Shown here: positions 27,678 to 37,156 of the stretch, in pieces
How positions within the stretch are numbered: the first letter of the stretch is position 1
How the letters are laid out: each line of letters starts with the position of its first letter
DNA from: an uncultured Chloroflexia bacterium
Lineage (GTDB): Bacteria > Chloroflexota > Dehalococcoidia > SZUA-161
Assembly: GCA_963847595.1 (NCBI GenBank)
Contig: CAWKAJ010000001.1
Coordinates: forward strand, 759,263 to 823,262
Direction: 5' to 3'
DNA length: 64,000 nt
Position numbers and translations under genes: made by a program
Notes under the pieces: generated by a model
Database searches by the model: none
What the model was told of the DNA's origin: nothing
Seen by the model: the letters and a program-made list of their open reading frames with translations, nothing else

Positions 27678-28595
27678 ATGCGGATTGTGCTAATCGGGCA
27701 GGCTGCTTTCGGACAGAAGGTCCTGGAGACTTTGCTGAACAGGGGTGAGCAGGTTGCGGCTGTTTACGTGCCACCCAATAAACCTGGCTCCAAGATTGAC
27801 CCCCTCAAGGAATCGGCTCAGCAGCATGGTATCTCCGTTTTCCAACCTCAACGCATGCGCGATACCGGTGTCTATGAAAAATTTGTGGAGCTGGCTCCGG
27901 ATTTGGGGGTTATGGCATTTGTCACTGACATTGTACCCGAGTCCATACTGAACAGTCCCAAACTGGGAACCATTCAGTATCACCCTTCATTGCTGCCCAA
28001 GCATCGGGGAAGGAGTTCCATCAACTGGGCCATCATCAACGGAGACAAGAAAACAGGCATCACCATCTTATGGCCCGATGCCGGTATTGATACCGGTCCC
28101 ATACTGCTGCAAAAAGAGGCCGAGGTCTCACCATCTGATACCGTAGGCTCGCTCTATTACGATAAGCTTTTCCCTCTGGGTGTGGAGGCCTTAATGGAGT
28201 CAATCGACCTTATCCGCAAGGGACAGGCTCCCAGGATACCCCAGGACGAGTCTCAAGCCACCTACGAGCGCCCCTGCGGGGAGAAGGACGCCGTTATCGA
28301 CTGGGCTCAGCCCATAGTCAGGGTTCACAATCTGATTCGCGGCACAAACCCACAGCCTGGCGCCACCACCTCGTTGCGTGCTCAGAAACTCAAGATATTC
28401 GATTGTGAGCTGATTATGCAGAACGTCGCTGCTGCGCCTGGCGAGATTATTCAAAGCTCCGCTAAAGGCATAGCCGTTGCTGGCCAGGGGGGATGGCTGC
28501 TTATCAAGCGAGTGCAGCCCCAGGGACAACCCAAGGTGAGCGCTTCAGAGTATGCCCTCAAGATAGGTCTTAAAGCTGGGGAAAAGCTTGTCTGA
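27678..28595 (+). CDS. Formyltransferase family protein (Fmt / formyl-THF-dependent, N- plus C-terminal domains)
   Basis: HPSLLPKHRGRSSINWAIINGDKKTGITI catalytic motif. 305 aa. Confidence 0.8.
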   Translation: MRIVLIGQAAFGQKVLETLLNRGEQVAAVYVPPNKPGSKIDPLKESAQQHGISVFQPQRMRDTGVYEKFVELAPDLGVMAFVTDIVPESILNSPKLGTIQYHPSLLPKHRGRSSINWAIINGDKKTGITILWPDAGIDTGPILLQKEAEVSPSDTVGSLYYDKLFPLGVEALMESIDLIRKGQAPRIPQDESQATYERPCGEKDAVIDWAQPIVRVHNLIRGTNPQPGATTSLRAQKLKIFDCELIMQNVAAAPGEIIQSSAKGIAVAGQGGWLLIKRVQPQGQPKVSASEYALKIGLKAGEKLV

Positions 28596-28621
28596 TGGGG
28601 AGGCAGCGATGGCCTCCCCAT
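28595..28621. terminator. Hairpin between convergent genes (ATGGGGAGGC-agcgatg-GCCTCCCCAT)
   Basis: 10-bp perfect GC-rich stem just after the formyltransferase stop. No strong U-tract. Confidence 0.5.
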
Positions 28622-28656
28622 ACTGTGTATGATTCTAGCATGCCTTCGCCTACATT

Positions 28657-29910
28657 CTACGAATAGATAGTGTATGTCAGAGTATAAAAGTTATGCTCAA
28701 TCCCATAATTCTCATATATAACGAAATTGTATGTCCCGGTGGTCTGCGCCTGTAGGCTGAAGGTGGCCTGCTTTATTCGGCCAAGCTCTTTCGTTACGTT
28801 GCCGTAAGGGTCCTGGATTTGTGCTCCAATATCATACGTATTCGCTATTATCTCCCCCTGCACCCACTGACCGGCACTGAGCTGTATCGGTATCGACACG
28901 ACCTGCCCATACAGCTCACCATTTATTGGGGGCTGGTCATGCGCTGTTAGCTGCGTAAAGTAAACGGTCACGCTTTTGTCTGAGTTCATGGTTACGGTGG
29001 TCGGGTTCACGCCATCGTTGTCTGTTCCGGCCCAATTCTTAAAGACATAGCCCAATGCCGCCGTAGCCGACACATCTACCACTGTGCCTGCATCGTAAGT
29101 GTCCCTGGTAGGACTTACACTGCCCCCGTCAGTCGGACTGCAAGAAGCGGAAAGATTATAGAGCCTGGTGAAATAGGCAGTGACTGTTTTGTTGCCATCC
29201 ATGACGACATTCAACGTAGTTAATGTACCGGAGGCATCTCCTCCCCAATGGTCGAACCTGTAAGATGTAGCCGGGATGGCTGTCAGGGTCACATTGGCTC
29301 CAGCTTGGTAGTCGCCCCCTGGAGGATCAACGCTGCCCCCGCCGCCAGGGCTGAGCCTGCTCTCAAGAGTATATATGACCTTGCTGAAAACAGCCTTGAC
29401 TGTTTTATCAGCATCCATAGTAATCACTATATTGGCTGAGGTGCCAGAGGCGTCCACTTCCCAGTGGTCAAACTTATAGCCTATGGCCGGGGCAGCTACC
29501 AGTGTAAGCTCAGTCCCTTCATCATAAATGCCGCTGCCGAGGTTGACGTTGCCGCCTCCCACCGGGCTGGTGAGTACAGAGAGATTGTCCAGCTTAACGA
29601 AATAGGCCGTGACCGTTTTCTGAGAATTCATGGTGATTTCCACCGTTGTTGCTACACCGGTGGCATTACCTCCCCAGTGGTCAAACCTGTAACCTGCGGC
29701 TGGGGTGGCCGTTAGAGTCACCTCAGTCTTATCCACATAGCTGCCGCCGCTGGGGCTGATGCTCCCGCCTGCGATAGGACTGCTTAAGGTTGAAAGAGTA
29801 TAGTGCGCCGCGCTGCAACACGCCCCCAACACAAGTGCAGACACAATCAGCATGATTGCCAGGGCAGCCAAGCAGGTATTCTTGTTCACTTCGTGCCTCC
29901 TCAGAAGCAT
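28657..29910 (-). CDS. Secreted protein with 4 divergent InlB-B-repeat-like domains and a C-terminal beta-rich domain
   Basis: Signal peptide, then four ~72-aa repeats (Y.L....P..GG.V.P....Y..G..V.L.A.P..GY.F..W.G...). Confidence 0.8.
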   Translation of the reverse strand: MLLRRHEVNKNTCLAALAIMLIVSALVLGACCSAAHYTLSTLSSPIAGGSISPSGGSYVDKTEVTLTATPAAGYRFDHWGGNATGVATTVEITMNSQKTVTAYFVKLDNLSVLTSPVGGGNVNLGSGIYDEGTELTLVAAPAIGYKFDHWEVDASGTSANIVITMDADKTVKAVFSKVIYTLESRLSPGGGGSVDPPGGDYQAGANVTLTAIPATSYRFDHWGGDASGTLTTLNVVMDGNKTVTAYFTRLYNLSASCSPTDGGSVSPTRDTYDAGTVVDVSATAALGYVFKNWAGTDNDGVNPTTVTMNSDKSVTVYFTQLTAHDQPPINGELYGQVVSIPIQLSAGQWVQGEIIANTYDIGAQIQDPYGNVTKELGRIKQATFSLQAQTTGTYNFVIYENYGIEHNFYTLTYTIYS

Positions 29911-30054
29911 TTACCGCTTGATAGCATCGAATGCTATAATTGCTTTTAATTTTCAACTGTGGATTATAGCACAAAAAAAGCACTGTCAAGCCCCCGAGTC
30001 CCGATGCTTGCCTTCGTTTTCCCTGACAGATATACTGTTTGAGAGGAGACCAAG

Positions 30055-30651
30055 ATGGCAAATGATGCTGCCTTAGAACAAGCCTCCGCTGAAATGAAAG
30101 GGATTGTTCCCTATGCAGTAGCCGCGAAGAGCGGCACCGACTACGATGGCAAGAGGTTCAGGATACCCTTCTTTAACCGCTCGTTTTTGGTGTACTATCC
30201 CGAAGTAAAAATAGCCGAGGAAGGGAAGACAGCCCCGGTCCCGCAGTATCTGGAGATTATCCTGCTGCACTACCTGCTGCAGGCCAGAGGCGCATCTGTA
30301 GCCGATGAGTGGATAGCTTACCGGCAGCTTCCCGGAGCCAGTCTATTCGAGCGGAGATTCATCCAGATGGCGGTACAGCCTCTGCTTCGCGCTTTCGACA
30401 ACAATGTCGAGGGATTCAAGAAAGCTGGCATGGCCTTGGGAGGCATACCTATAACCCGCACCGGCGATGCGGCCTTCAAGTTCATGGCGCTGCCCAAAAT
30501 CCCTATGGCGTGTATCTTCTACCAGGGCGAGGAGGGCATACCTTCTGCAGTCAACATCCTCTTCGATGCCGCCGCCCCCAATTACCTGCCCACCGAAGAC
30601 CTATCTTTAGTGGGCGTCTACCTCGTCAATGCCCTGAAGAAAGCTAAGTAA
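30055..30651 (+). CDS. Hypothetical protein (DUF3786-like by recollection)
   Basis: ~198 aa with a conserved-looking core (YLEIILLHYLL...WIAYRQLPG). The family assignment is from memory only. Confidence 0.5.
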   Translation: MANDAALEQASAEMKGIVPYAVAAKSGTDYDGKRFRIPFFNRSFLVYYPEVKIAEEGKTAPVPQYLEIILLHYLLQARGASVADEWIAYRQLPGASLFERRFIQMAVQPLLRAFDNNVEGFKKAGMALGGIPITRTGDAAFKFMALPKIPMACIFYQGEEGIPSAVNILFDAAAPNYLPTEDLSLVGVYLVNALKKAK

Positions 30652-30670
30652 GGACATTGCGCGAACCACC

Positions 30671-31486
30671 TTACGGTAATTCGTACTTGCGAAATATCTC
30701 CGGAACGAGGACTTTCGTTTGAGGAGATAGGCGCTCGATCATCCGAGCGAATTTACCCGGATTCACTCGTTGCAGCGGTGGGAAAGTCGACCTAAGCTCC
30801 TGCACCTGTATATGGGGCCGGAGCGGCTTGGACAGGGGACGGAAGAAATCGTCCCAGTGAGTCAGAACAACAACCTTGGGCTGCACTCGGGGCAAAAGCG
30901 TCCTGCAATATGCAGCGCCTCTGTGCGGGAAAAGGAATAGTATATCAGCAGCCACCGCGGTCTCGGGGCGTTCACCGGGGTCTGTGAGCAACCTCAGCCC
31001 CCCGACAGAGAGCAAGAAGCTCAAGTCCTTGTCCATTCGGTAGTCCCTGGCCCGCAGCGGCGGCTTTAGAACGGCAGGAAGTCTACCGGGCAAATACCCG
31101 GGGAGTTTGACATGCTGAGATGGGAAGACTTCGACCTGAAACTCTGCCAGGGTTAGTTTGTCACCTGCTTTGACCTCACGGATCCGGTCGTCCGGCACGC
31201 CGCACACACTCAGCAGCCTGCACGTATTTGGAGAGCCCATTACGATAGCGCCCGTGTTCCGGACTACGTCAGGCACGTCCATAAGATGATCGAAGTGGGC
31301 ATGTGTGATGAGCACGAAGTCGCAATGCTGTATCTTTTCCGCTATCAATTCTCGGTCCGGCTGAACGCGTCCAAACAACGCTTTCCTGAGCGGAAAGCGG
31401 GTAAAGTACGGGTCTATCACCATGACGTGATTGCCCACACTCAATTCGAGACCTGCAACGCCCAGCCAGCGGAATGAAATCGACAT
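30671..31486 (-). CDS. MBL-fold metallo-hydrolase
   Basis: ITHAHFDHLMD motif. Confidence 0.85.
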   Translation of the reverse strand: MSISFRWLGVAGLELSVGNHVMVIDPYFTRFPLRKALFGRVQPDRELIAEKIQHCDFVLITHAHFDHLMDVPDVVRNTGAIVMGSPNTCRLLSVCGVPDDRIREVKAGDKLTLAEFQVEVFPSQHVKLPGYLPGRLPAVLKPPLRARDYRMDKDLSFLLSVGGLRLLTDPGERPETAVAADILFLFPHRGAAYCRTLLPRVQPKVVVLTHWDDFFRPLSKPLRPHIQVQELRSTFPPLQRVNPGKFARMIERLSPQTKVLVPEIFRKYELP

Positions 31487-31534
31487 TGCTCACCCAGCCT
31501 TAAGAAGTTTCCCCATTATATCATGGATATCAGA

Positions 31535-31665
31535 GGTCGTTTAGCAACTGGGGAGTGCAGATGGGCCAAGCCCCTTTGCCAGGGGCTTGGGGTATCCCCC
31601 AAATCTTAAAAGTCCCCCAAGATTGGGGGATATAGGGGGTTGAAAAGAGGTTTTAGACGCCCTCG
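31535..31665 (+). repeat. Triple-hairpin intergenic repeat, copy 5
   Basis: Shares the left flank GTTTAGCAACTGG with copy 4. Confidence 0.9.
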
Positions 31666-31723
31666 AAATCATAGCTTTGATGATAGGGTGATAGCATCCA
31701 GCGCTTTTGAGTGATTTGAATCT

Positions 31724-33194
31724 TCAGGTCCTCGAACCAATTCTCCGCAGTATGTCCCAGAAAGCTCCGCGGTATCCCGCCTTGATGGCATTCACCAGCA
31801 CAGTGTTGTCATTGTAGTTGTAGTTCCTCTCCGCACCCGATGGCGAGGCATAGAAAAAGCGCTCGTCTCCCCCGATAAGCTGCGAAAGGTACTCAGGTGC
31901 ATCAGGCCCCAGGCCTGATGACACATAAAATATGGGTCTGAAGAAGTCTTCATTCCCCTCGATTGTGCCGTGCAGATTAGGGTTCTTATTCAAAGGGCCC
32001 TGCCTTTTAACTAGAGCTGCCATCTTCGTCTGTGGGCAGATTACGCACCCCCAGGGCAGTGCCTACCCTGTCCGGCGCAAGCCTCTTCATGGTCTCGATG
32101 GTCTCTCTCAAGGACTCCCTGGTCTCGCCCGGACCGCCCAGCAGCAGGTCATACATGAAGATAATGCCCTCATGGTGGCAGACCTCAGCCGTACGGCTGA
32201 GGTCTGCCACCGAAAACTCGCGTCCCAGACTACGCAACATGACGTCGTTGCCGCTGTCCACACCGAAGTCTATTCCGGCGCATCCAGCCTTGCGGCACAG
32301 AGCAGCCAGCTCCTGAGAAAAGGGCACCGGGCTGGCATAGGCATACCATCTCAGCTTATCCCCCAGCCCCCGCCTTATCAGCTCCCGGCAGATGTCGCGG
32401 GCATGGTCTTCGGGCAGGTTAAACTCACTGTCGCAGAAATGTAAATGGTCTATGCCCATCTCAAGCAGAGACTGTATTTCGTCGGCAACGCTTCGTGGGG
32501 AACGCAGCCGCAGCTTCTTCCCTTTGCCCACCGGGTCGGCGCAGTAAATGCACCCCTGGGGACAGCCTCGCTTGCTCTCGATACCAGCCATGCCGCCCTC
32601 GATAAAATAGCGATAGTTGTCAATCGTGCTCCTCTCCGGTGCAGCTATGTGGCTCAGGTCGAGGTATTTGGGGGCGTTGGAGTGGAAGCCTTTCCCGCTG
32701 CGGAATACCAGGCCGGGCACATCGCGGTAATCCTGCTTTGACGCAATCATGTCGAGAAGTAGAGGCAGAGAAAGCTCGCCTTCACCCCAAATCCCCAAAT
32801 CGAGGCCGTAATAGCTCAGGATATCCCGGGGCATGACGGAGAACCCGGAGCCGCCCAGGATAATAGGCACGGAGGTTTGCGCCTTGAGCAGGTCTACGAC
32901 CAGCTTGTACCTGTCTATGCAGAAATCCTGGCTGGCCAGGTAAGTATCATCGGTGTTGCGCAGGGTTACCGCTACCGCCAGAACATCGTTATGGGCAAAA
33001 TAGCTCTTTACTTCGAAAGGTACGTCAGTTGAAAAACAGAGGTCGAGCAGGTCGACTTGATAACCCTTCTGCTTGAGGGCATGGGCCAGATAGTCCAGCG
33101 CCAGGGGCGCTACCGGGGGCTTCATCTGGTTGGGGTTTACTAAACAAACCCATCCCTTTCGAGGTCGAGGTGGCGTTGTCGAGGGTCTAGACAT
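31724..33194 (-). pseudogene. B12-binding-domain radical SAM protein with a 1-nt frameshift near 32042
   Basis: The N-terminal B12-binding domain and ESKRGCPQGCIYC cluster end ...ALGVRNLPTDEDGSSS*. Skipping one A (CGT-A-ATC) restores ...ALGVRICPQTKMAALVKRQG..., which joins ORF 31724-32023. The joined length is about 489 aa. Confidence 0.8.
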
Positions 33195-33400
33195 GCCGAC
33201 ACCATCCTTAGGGAGAGCAGTATAACGGTATTATAATATCCGGTGACATGAGCGAGCAAGACGACGTCAGGCGAATAATCCTTGAGGCCCCATGACACTC
33301 AGGTAATTAAGCGCAAGCAACCCCTGCAATTGGAGATAGCTGTGTCGAGAGTGGGAACATTGAAAAAGATAAATTCAATATTGAGTCTACGTCTACGTAG

Positions 33401-33424
33401 ACATCCCGATGTTCGTCGAATGGT
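33401..33424 (+). repeat. Short hairpin motif ACATCCCnnTGTTyGTnnArTGGT, copy 1
   Basis: ACATCCCGATGTTCGTCGAATGGT. Confidence 0.6.
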
Positions 33425-33648
33425 AGACCGCTGAAGCTGCGATAGGTTCACTAACCATCTGAAGCAATAGACTCAATACGCGCCAAAGCGGTTGCAGAAC
33501 GATTTGCTCTTAGCAACTCCCTGTGTTGACACTCCTTAGGGCTTGCGTTAATATTCTTTATCAGTCCGAGCGCAACCAGAGGCCTCTATGATGCTGAAAC
33601 CTGTTATTTGTTGGTCAATTACTGCGTGTGGCAAAAGGAGGTATCAAG

Positions 33649-34074
33649 ATGGCGATTAATCTAAAAAAGTTTGCGAAAGATTATATTGGAGCGTGGGATT
33701 CACATGATGCCGATAAGATAGCTTCCTTCTTCACGGATGACTGTGTCTACGAGGATTTGGCTGCTGGAATAGTTAACCGGGGCAAGAAAGAATTAAAGGA
33801 TTTTATTAAGGCCACGTTCATTTGGAGCCCTGACTTAAAGTTCGAGCTGAAATCATCCTTCGGCGCTGGCGACCAAGTAGCCAGCGAATGGGTCATGAGT
33901 GGCACTCATGCCGGCGAATTCGGCGGAATGCCGCCCACCGGCAAGACTTTTTCACTAAGGGGAGCTTCAATCCTGGAGCTGCGCGAAGGGAAGATTTACA
34001 GAAATTCCGACTACTATAATGCGGCTTCTTTCCTGCAGCAGGTCGGTTTGCTGCCTCAGGCACCTTCTCAATAG
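33649..34074 (+). CDS. SnoaL-like / ester cyclase (NTF2-fold) protein
   Basis: YIGAWDSHDADKIASFF...GMPPTGKTFSLRG. AGGAGG RBS before the ATG at 33649. Confidence 0.8.
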   Translation: MAINLKKFAKDYIGAWDSHDADKIASFFTDDCVYEDLAAGIVNRGKKELKDFIKATFIWSPDLKFELKSSFGAGDQVASEWVMSGTHAGEFGGMPPTGKTFSLRGASILELREGKIYRNSDYYNAASFLQQVGLLPQAPSQ

Positions 34075-34138
34075 TGTCATATTGGTAGAATACTCAGTGA
34101 TTCCTTGCCGGTAGCGTGGTTATAGACAAGCAAAGCAA

Positions 34139-34162
34139 ACATCCCAGTGTTTGTTCAGTGGT
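34139..34162 (+). repeat. Short hairpin motif, copy 2
   Basis: ACATCCCAGTGTTTGTTCAGTGGT, 65 nt after the SnoaL stop. Confidence 0.6.
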
Positions 34163-34193
34163 TATAAAATATAGGCACGATTGAACTAAAATC

Positions 34194-34230
34194 AGGGGCG
34201 TTCAGTTGACAACCAGACGCCCTTTCTTTA
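34194..34230 (+). terminator. Candidate intrinsic terminator (GGGGCGT...ACGCCCT + TTCTTT)
   Basis: Stem followed by a T-rich tract, downstream of the SnoaL-like gene. Confidence 0.4.
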
Positions 34231-34338
34231 TCCTCAAAATACTCAAAGTCTCACAGCCGAAACTAGTTGATTAGATGGTAAACGGACCGATGCAGGTCAA
34301 AGCACCTATTGCCCAGTTCTTCAAAGGGAGATATAGCA

Positions 34339-34761
34339 ATGCAGCCAAGTGAACTTATTGACGATCTTGTTGCAAATCTTACTGATTGGCGCGGCACTAC
34401 GTTTGCCAACATTAGAAGGATTATCCATGATGCGGATCCCGAAATAGTTGAGGAATGGAAATGGATGGGGACTCCCGTCTGGTCCCACAATGGAATAGTC
34501 TGTGTTGCCAATGCCTTCAAAGACAAAGTGAAGCTAACTTTTTATCAGGGGGCGCACCTTGCCGACCCGGACAAGCTCTTCAATAACGGACTCGAAGGCA
34601 AACAATGGCGAACCATCGATATTTACAAGGACGACAAGATCAATGAGAGCTCACTAAAGACTCTCATCATTGCTGCCGTGGACCACAATCACGCCAAAGT
34701 GAAACCCGCCAATAAGCCTAGCCGGACACAAGGCAGACTGAAGCAGAAACCGGCAAAGTAG
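34339..34761 (+). CDS. DUF1801 (YdhG-like) domain protein
   Basis: IRRIIHDADPEIVEEWKWMGTPVWSHNGIVC...KVKLTFYQG. Confidence 0.75.
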   Translation: MQPSELIDDLVANLTDWRGTTFANIRRIIHDADPEIVEEWKWMGTPVWSHNGIVCVANAFKDKVKLTFYQGAHLADPDKLFNNGLEGKQWRTIDIYKDDKINESSLKTLIIAAVDHNHAKVKPANKPSRTQGRLKQKPAK

Positions 34762-34797
34762 CACACTCTATCTCAAAACGTACGCATGGAATGGTAA

Positions 34798-34821
34798 ACA
34801 TCCCTATGTTGGTGAATTGGT
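34798..34821 (+). repeat. Short hairpin motif, copy 3
   Basis: ACATCCCTATGTTGGTGAATTGGT, 37 nt after the DUF1801 stop. Confidence 0.6.
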
Positions 34822-34876
34822 GGCGCACTGTGGTTTTTTGACCTACTGACAGCCCCTTCCCTGCTCTCTGGCTGTT

Positions 34877-35032
34877 TTATGATGGTGCTTTCTTGCCTGT
34901 AATGTCCCGCTCTTTGCCTGCTTCCTTCTCTGTGTTATCTCGAGAATCTCGCCATACCCACCTTTTTGCAACGATATAGGGACTGATAAACAGTATTAAG
35001 AAGCTTTTCTGAATTAATGCCTTGACATCCAT
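34877..35032 (-). pseudogene. Truncated duplicate of the 3' end of the neighbouring GtrA-like gene (51-aa ORF)
   Basis: Segment 34895-34975 is about 85% identical to 35160-35245. The ORF MDVKALIQKSFLILFISPYIVAKRWVWRDSRDNTEKEAGKERDITGK matches the GtrA C-terminus ...IVKRWVWRGSRNNTEKEEGKERDITSK. GAGGTG RBS. Confidence 0.6.
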
Positions 35033-35144
35033 AATTTGTCACCTCATTTCTTTGGCACTGTACGTGGTCAGCAAAAATGAGACACTTTGGCCTTGGTAAC
35101 TAACGGGCACTTACAGGCCACTGCTCTGCCCCCTGATGGTTCTA

Positions 35145-35654
35145 CTATAGCCGCTCCTTGCTTGTAATATCCCGCTCTTTGCCTTCTTCCTTCTCTGTGT
35201 TATTTCGAGAGCCTCGCCATACCCACCTTTTTACAATAGAATAGCGAAACAGAAACATTACTAATATGGCTAATGCAGCAGCCAATTCAGGCCGCAAATG
35301 CCCAAAATCAACAATGACAGCAAGTAGTGCTATATCGCCGATGACGGTTACTGCAACTGCGGAAAGATACCTAAGATAGCTCTGGCTGTATTTCTGCATA
35401 TCACCAAATGTCCACGCCTTGTTCATAAAATACTGGCATGTGGCTGCGATATAAGTTGATACCAAGAATGGCGGTAAATAAAAGTGACTGCCGAGGAAGG
35501 TGACTTCTTTGCTGAATACTAATGTAAGTGGATAATAGAGAGCCATATTTATGATGTATCCTATGCCACCTACTATCATAAAATTCAATAAGCGATACTT
35601 ATTGAGGTAGAAACTTATTGTACTTCGGGGATGTCTAAAAAGACTCTTTATCAT
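35145..35654 (-). CDS. GtrA family membrane protein
   Basis: Four TM segments and the family-typical NKAWTF motif. Confidence 0.75.
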   Translation of the reverse strand: MIKSLFRHPRSTISFYLNKYRLLNFMIVGGIGYIINMALYYPLTLVFSKEVTFLGSHFYLPPFLVSTYIAATCQYFMNKAWTFGDMQKYSQSYLRYLSAVAVTVIGDIALLAVIVDFGHLRPELAAALAILVMFLFRYSIVKRWVWRGSRNNTEKEEGKERDITSKERL

Positions 35655-35879
35655 ATACCTTCGCCGCCGATTATTAGCCTCACTCTTATGGCAATGCCGC
35701 CATATCTGCCAGGTCTACCTTAACCCGAACTGGACTGCACTTCTATGACTGGACAGATGGGCCTAGGAGATAGTATACCAGCCCAAGTAGAATGTCACAA
35801 GAATTAGAACGACAACGCCCTGAAGCATACCAGCAGTGACACGACCTCATGAAGAGTCGTCATAGTACAAACAAATCAA

Positions 35880-35903
35880 ACATCCCAATGTTCGTCCAGT
35901 GGT
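35880..35903 (+). repeat. Short hairpin motif, copy 4
   Basis: ACATCCCAATGTTCGTCCAGTGGT. Confidence 0.6.
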
Positions 35904-35943
35904 GACTTCATCTGGTTCGGGTTGACCAGAAGCACCTTCCCCC

Positions 35944-36759
35944 TTATTCTTGACGAACCGGATGAAGGCGCCATCGATTCCCCTCAGCCAGGCCGTTCAC
36001 CTTTTTCAGCCAGGCCAAAGCAGCGTTCATAGCTGGTTCGCTGAGGCGCAGCTTGTGCTCAGCGCCAGGAATGATGGAGATTTCTTTGGGCTCTTTAGCC
36101 TTATGGTAAAGCTCCCAGGCATGGCTCAGGGGAACAGTCTGGTCGCTATCGCCGTGGACTATCAGCAGGGGACGGGGTGAAATCCTGTGTATCCACTTGA
36201 GGGGCCTGACCTCATCGAAGCCCCTGGCCCATTCCTCCACGGACGGCGGGAATTTGCTATCCCTGATTATGCCTACCTGGCGGCAGTGTGCCAGGAACTC
36301 CTCAATCCTGCTGAACTCCGATATGTCAAAGAACCTGGCGGGACAGGCACATGCGACGACCGACGAAACCCGCTTGTCTCTGGCAGCACAATAAACACAG
36401 GCCATCGCTCCCCCGCTGAACCCCATCAGCGACAGTCGGGATTTATCCACAGCATCGAGTCCGAGCAGATAGTTTATCGCTGCCTTCAAATCTCGCGTCC
36501 AGCCCGGCATATCGAAGTTGCCCTCGCTCTCGCCAGTGCCCCTGAAATTGAAGATAAAGGAAACAAACCCCTCCTTGCTGAACCGCTCAGCAAGCAACGG
36601 ATAGCCCTTATCCGCCGCGTCTGGGGTGCGCTTGGCAGGCACGCCATGGCAGATGCAGACAGCGGGATGAGCGCCTTTGCCAGCAGGTAAATAAATTTCT
36701 GCCGCGAGGTGGAGGCCTTCTACCTCAAGGCTTACCCTTTTTATCGACATGGACTTCAC
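35944..36759 (-). CDS. Alpha/beta hydrolase (dienelactone hydrolase / S9 peptidase-like)
   Basis: GFSGGA nucleophile elbow and a C-terminal HGDSDQTV...H triad pattern. Confidence 0.8.
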   Translation of the reverse strand: MKSMSIKRVSLEVEGLHLAAEIYLPAGKGAHPAVCICHGVPAKRTPDAADKGYPLLAERFSKEGFVSFIFNFRGTGESEGNFDMPGWTRDLKAAINYLLGLDAVDKSRLSLMGFSGGAMACVYCAARDKRVSSVVACACPARFFDISEFSRIEEFLAHCRQVGIIRDSKFPPSVEEWARGFDEVRPLKWIHRISPRPLLIVHGDSDQTVPLSHAWELYHKAKEPKEISIIPGAEHKLRLSEPAMNAALAWLKKVNGLAEGNRWRLHPVRQE

Positions 36760-37156
36760 CCTTCTCTTTGCCCTCCTTCGTGGTCACCTTCTGCTTGAGG
36801 CGGTCTACAGCATATTCGCAGGCGGCGAAGGCCTCCTGGCGATGAATAGCAGCAACAGCGATTACTATGGTGACCTCACCCGGCCCTATCTTACCTCTTC
36901 GGTAGCAGAAGCCTATCTCGCCTACTTCCCACCTTCTCCTGATCTCAGCCACTATGTCCTTCAGCATCTTCTCCGGGGCTTCGCCTGAGACACCATGCTC
37001 CAGGTAGAGCACTTTTTTGTCTCCGGAGCGGCCACGCACCCTGCCGGTGAAGGTCACCACAGCGCCGCAATCTGCGCCTTTGACCTTGGCGATGACCTCC
37101 TCGGGCATAATCGGCTTATCCGTAACCTCAAGTATATCCTTCTTGCTCATCTCCAT
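36725..37156 (-). CDS. moaE: Molybdopterin synthase catalytic subunit MoaE
   Basis: GAVVTFTGRVRG...IAVAAIHRQEAFAACEYAVDRLK. The start is ambiguous (37177 GTG, 37156 or 37150 ATG). Confidence 0.8.
   Translation of the reverse strand: MEMSKKDILEVTDKPIMPEEVIAKVKGADCGAVVTFTGRVRGRSGDKKVLYLEHGVSGEAPEKMLKDIVAEIRRRWEVGEIGFCYRRGKIGPGEVTIVIAVAAIHRQEAFAACEYAVDRLKQKVTTKEGKEKGEVHVDKKGKP

Noticed and set aside
33401-35903. Integron gene-cassette array, with the short hairpin motifs acting as attC sites.
   Set aside because: The motif is only about 24 nt. It lacks the R''/L''-L'/R' architecture and a GTTRRRY core. One enclosed gene is on the opposite strand, and there is no intI nearby. I kept it only as 'cassette-like'.
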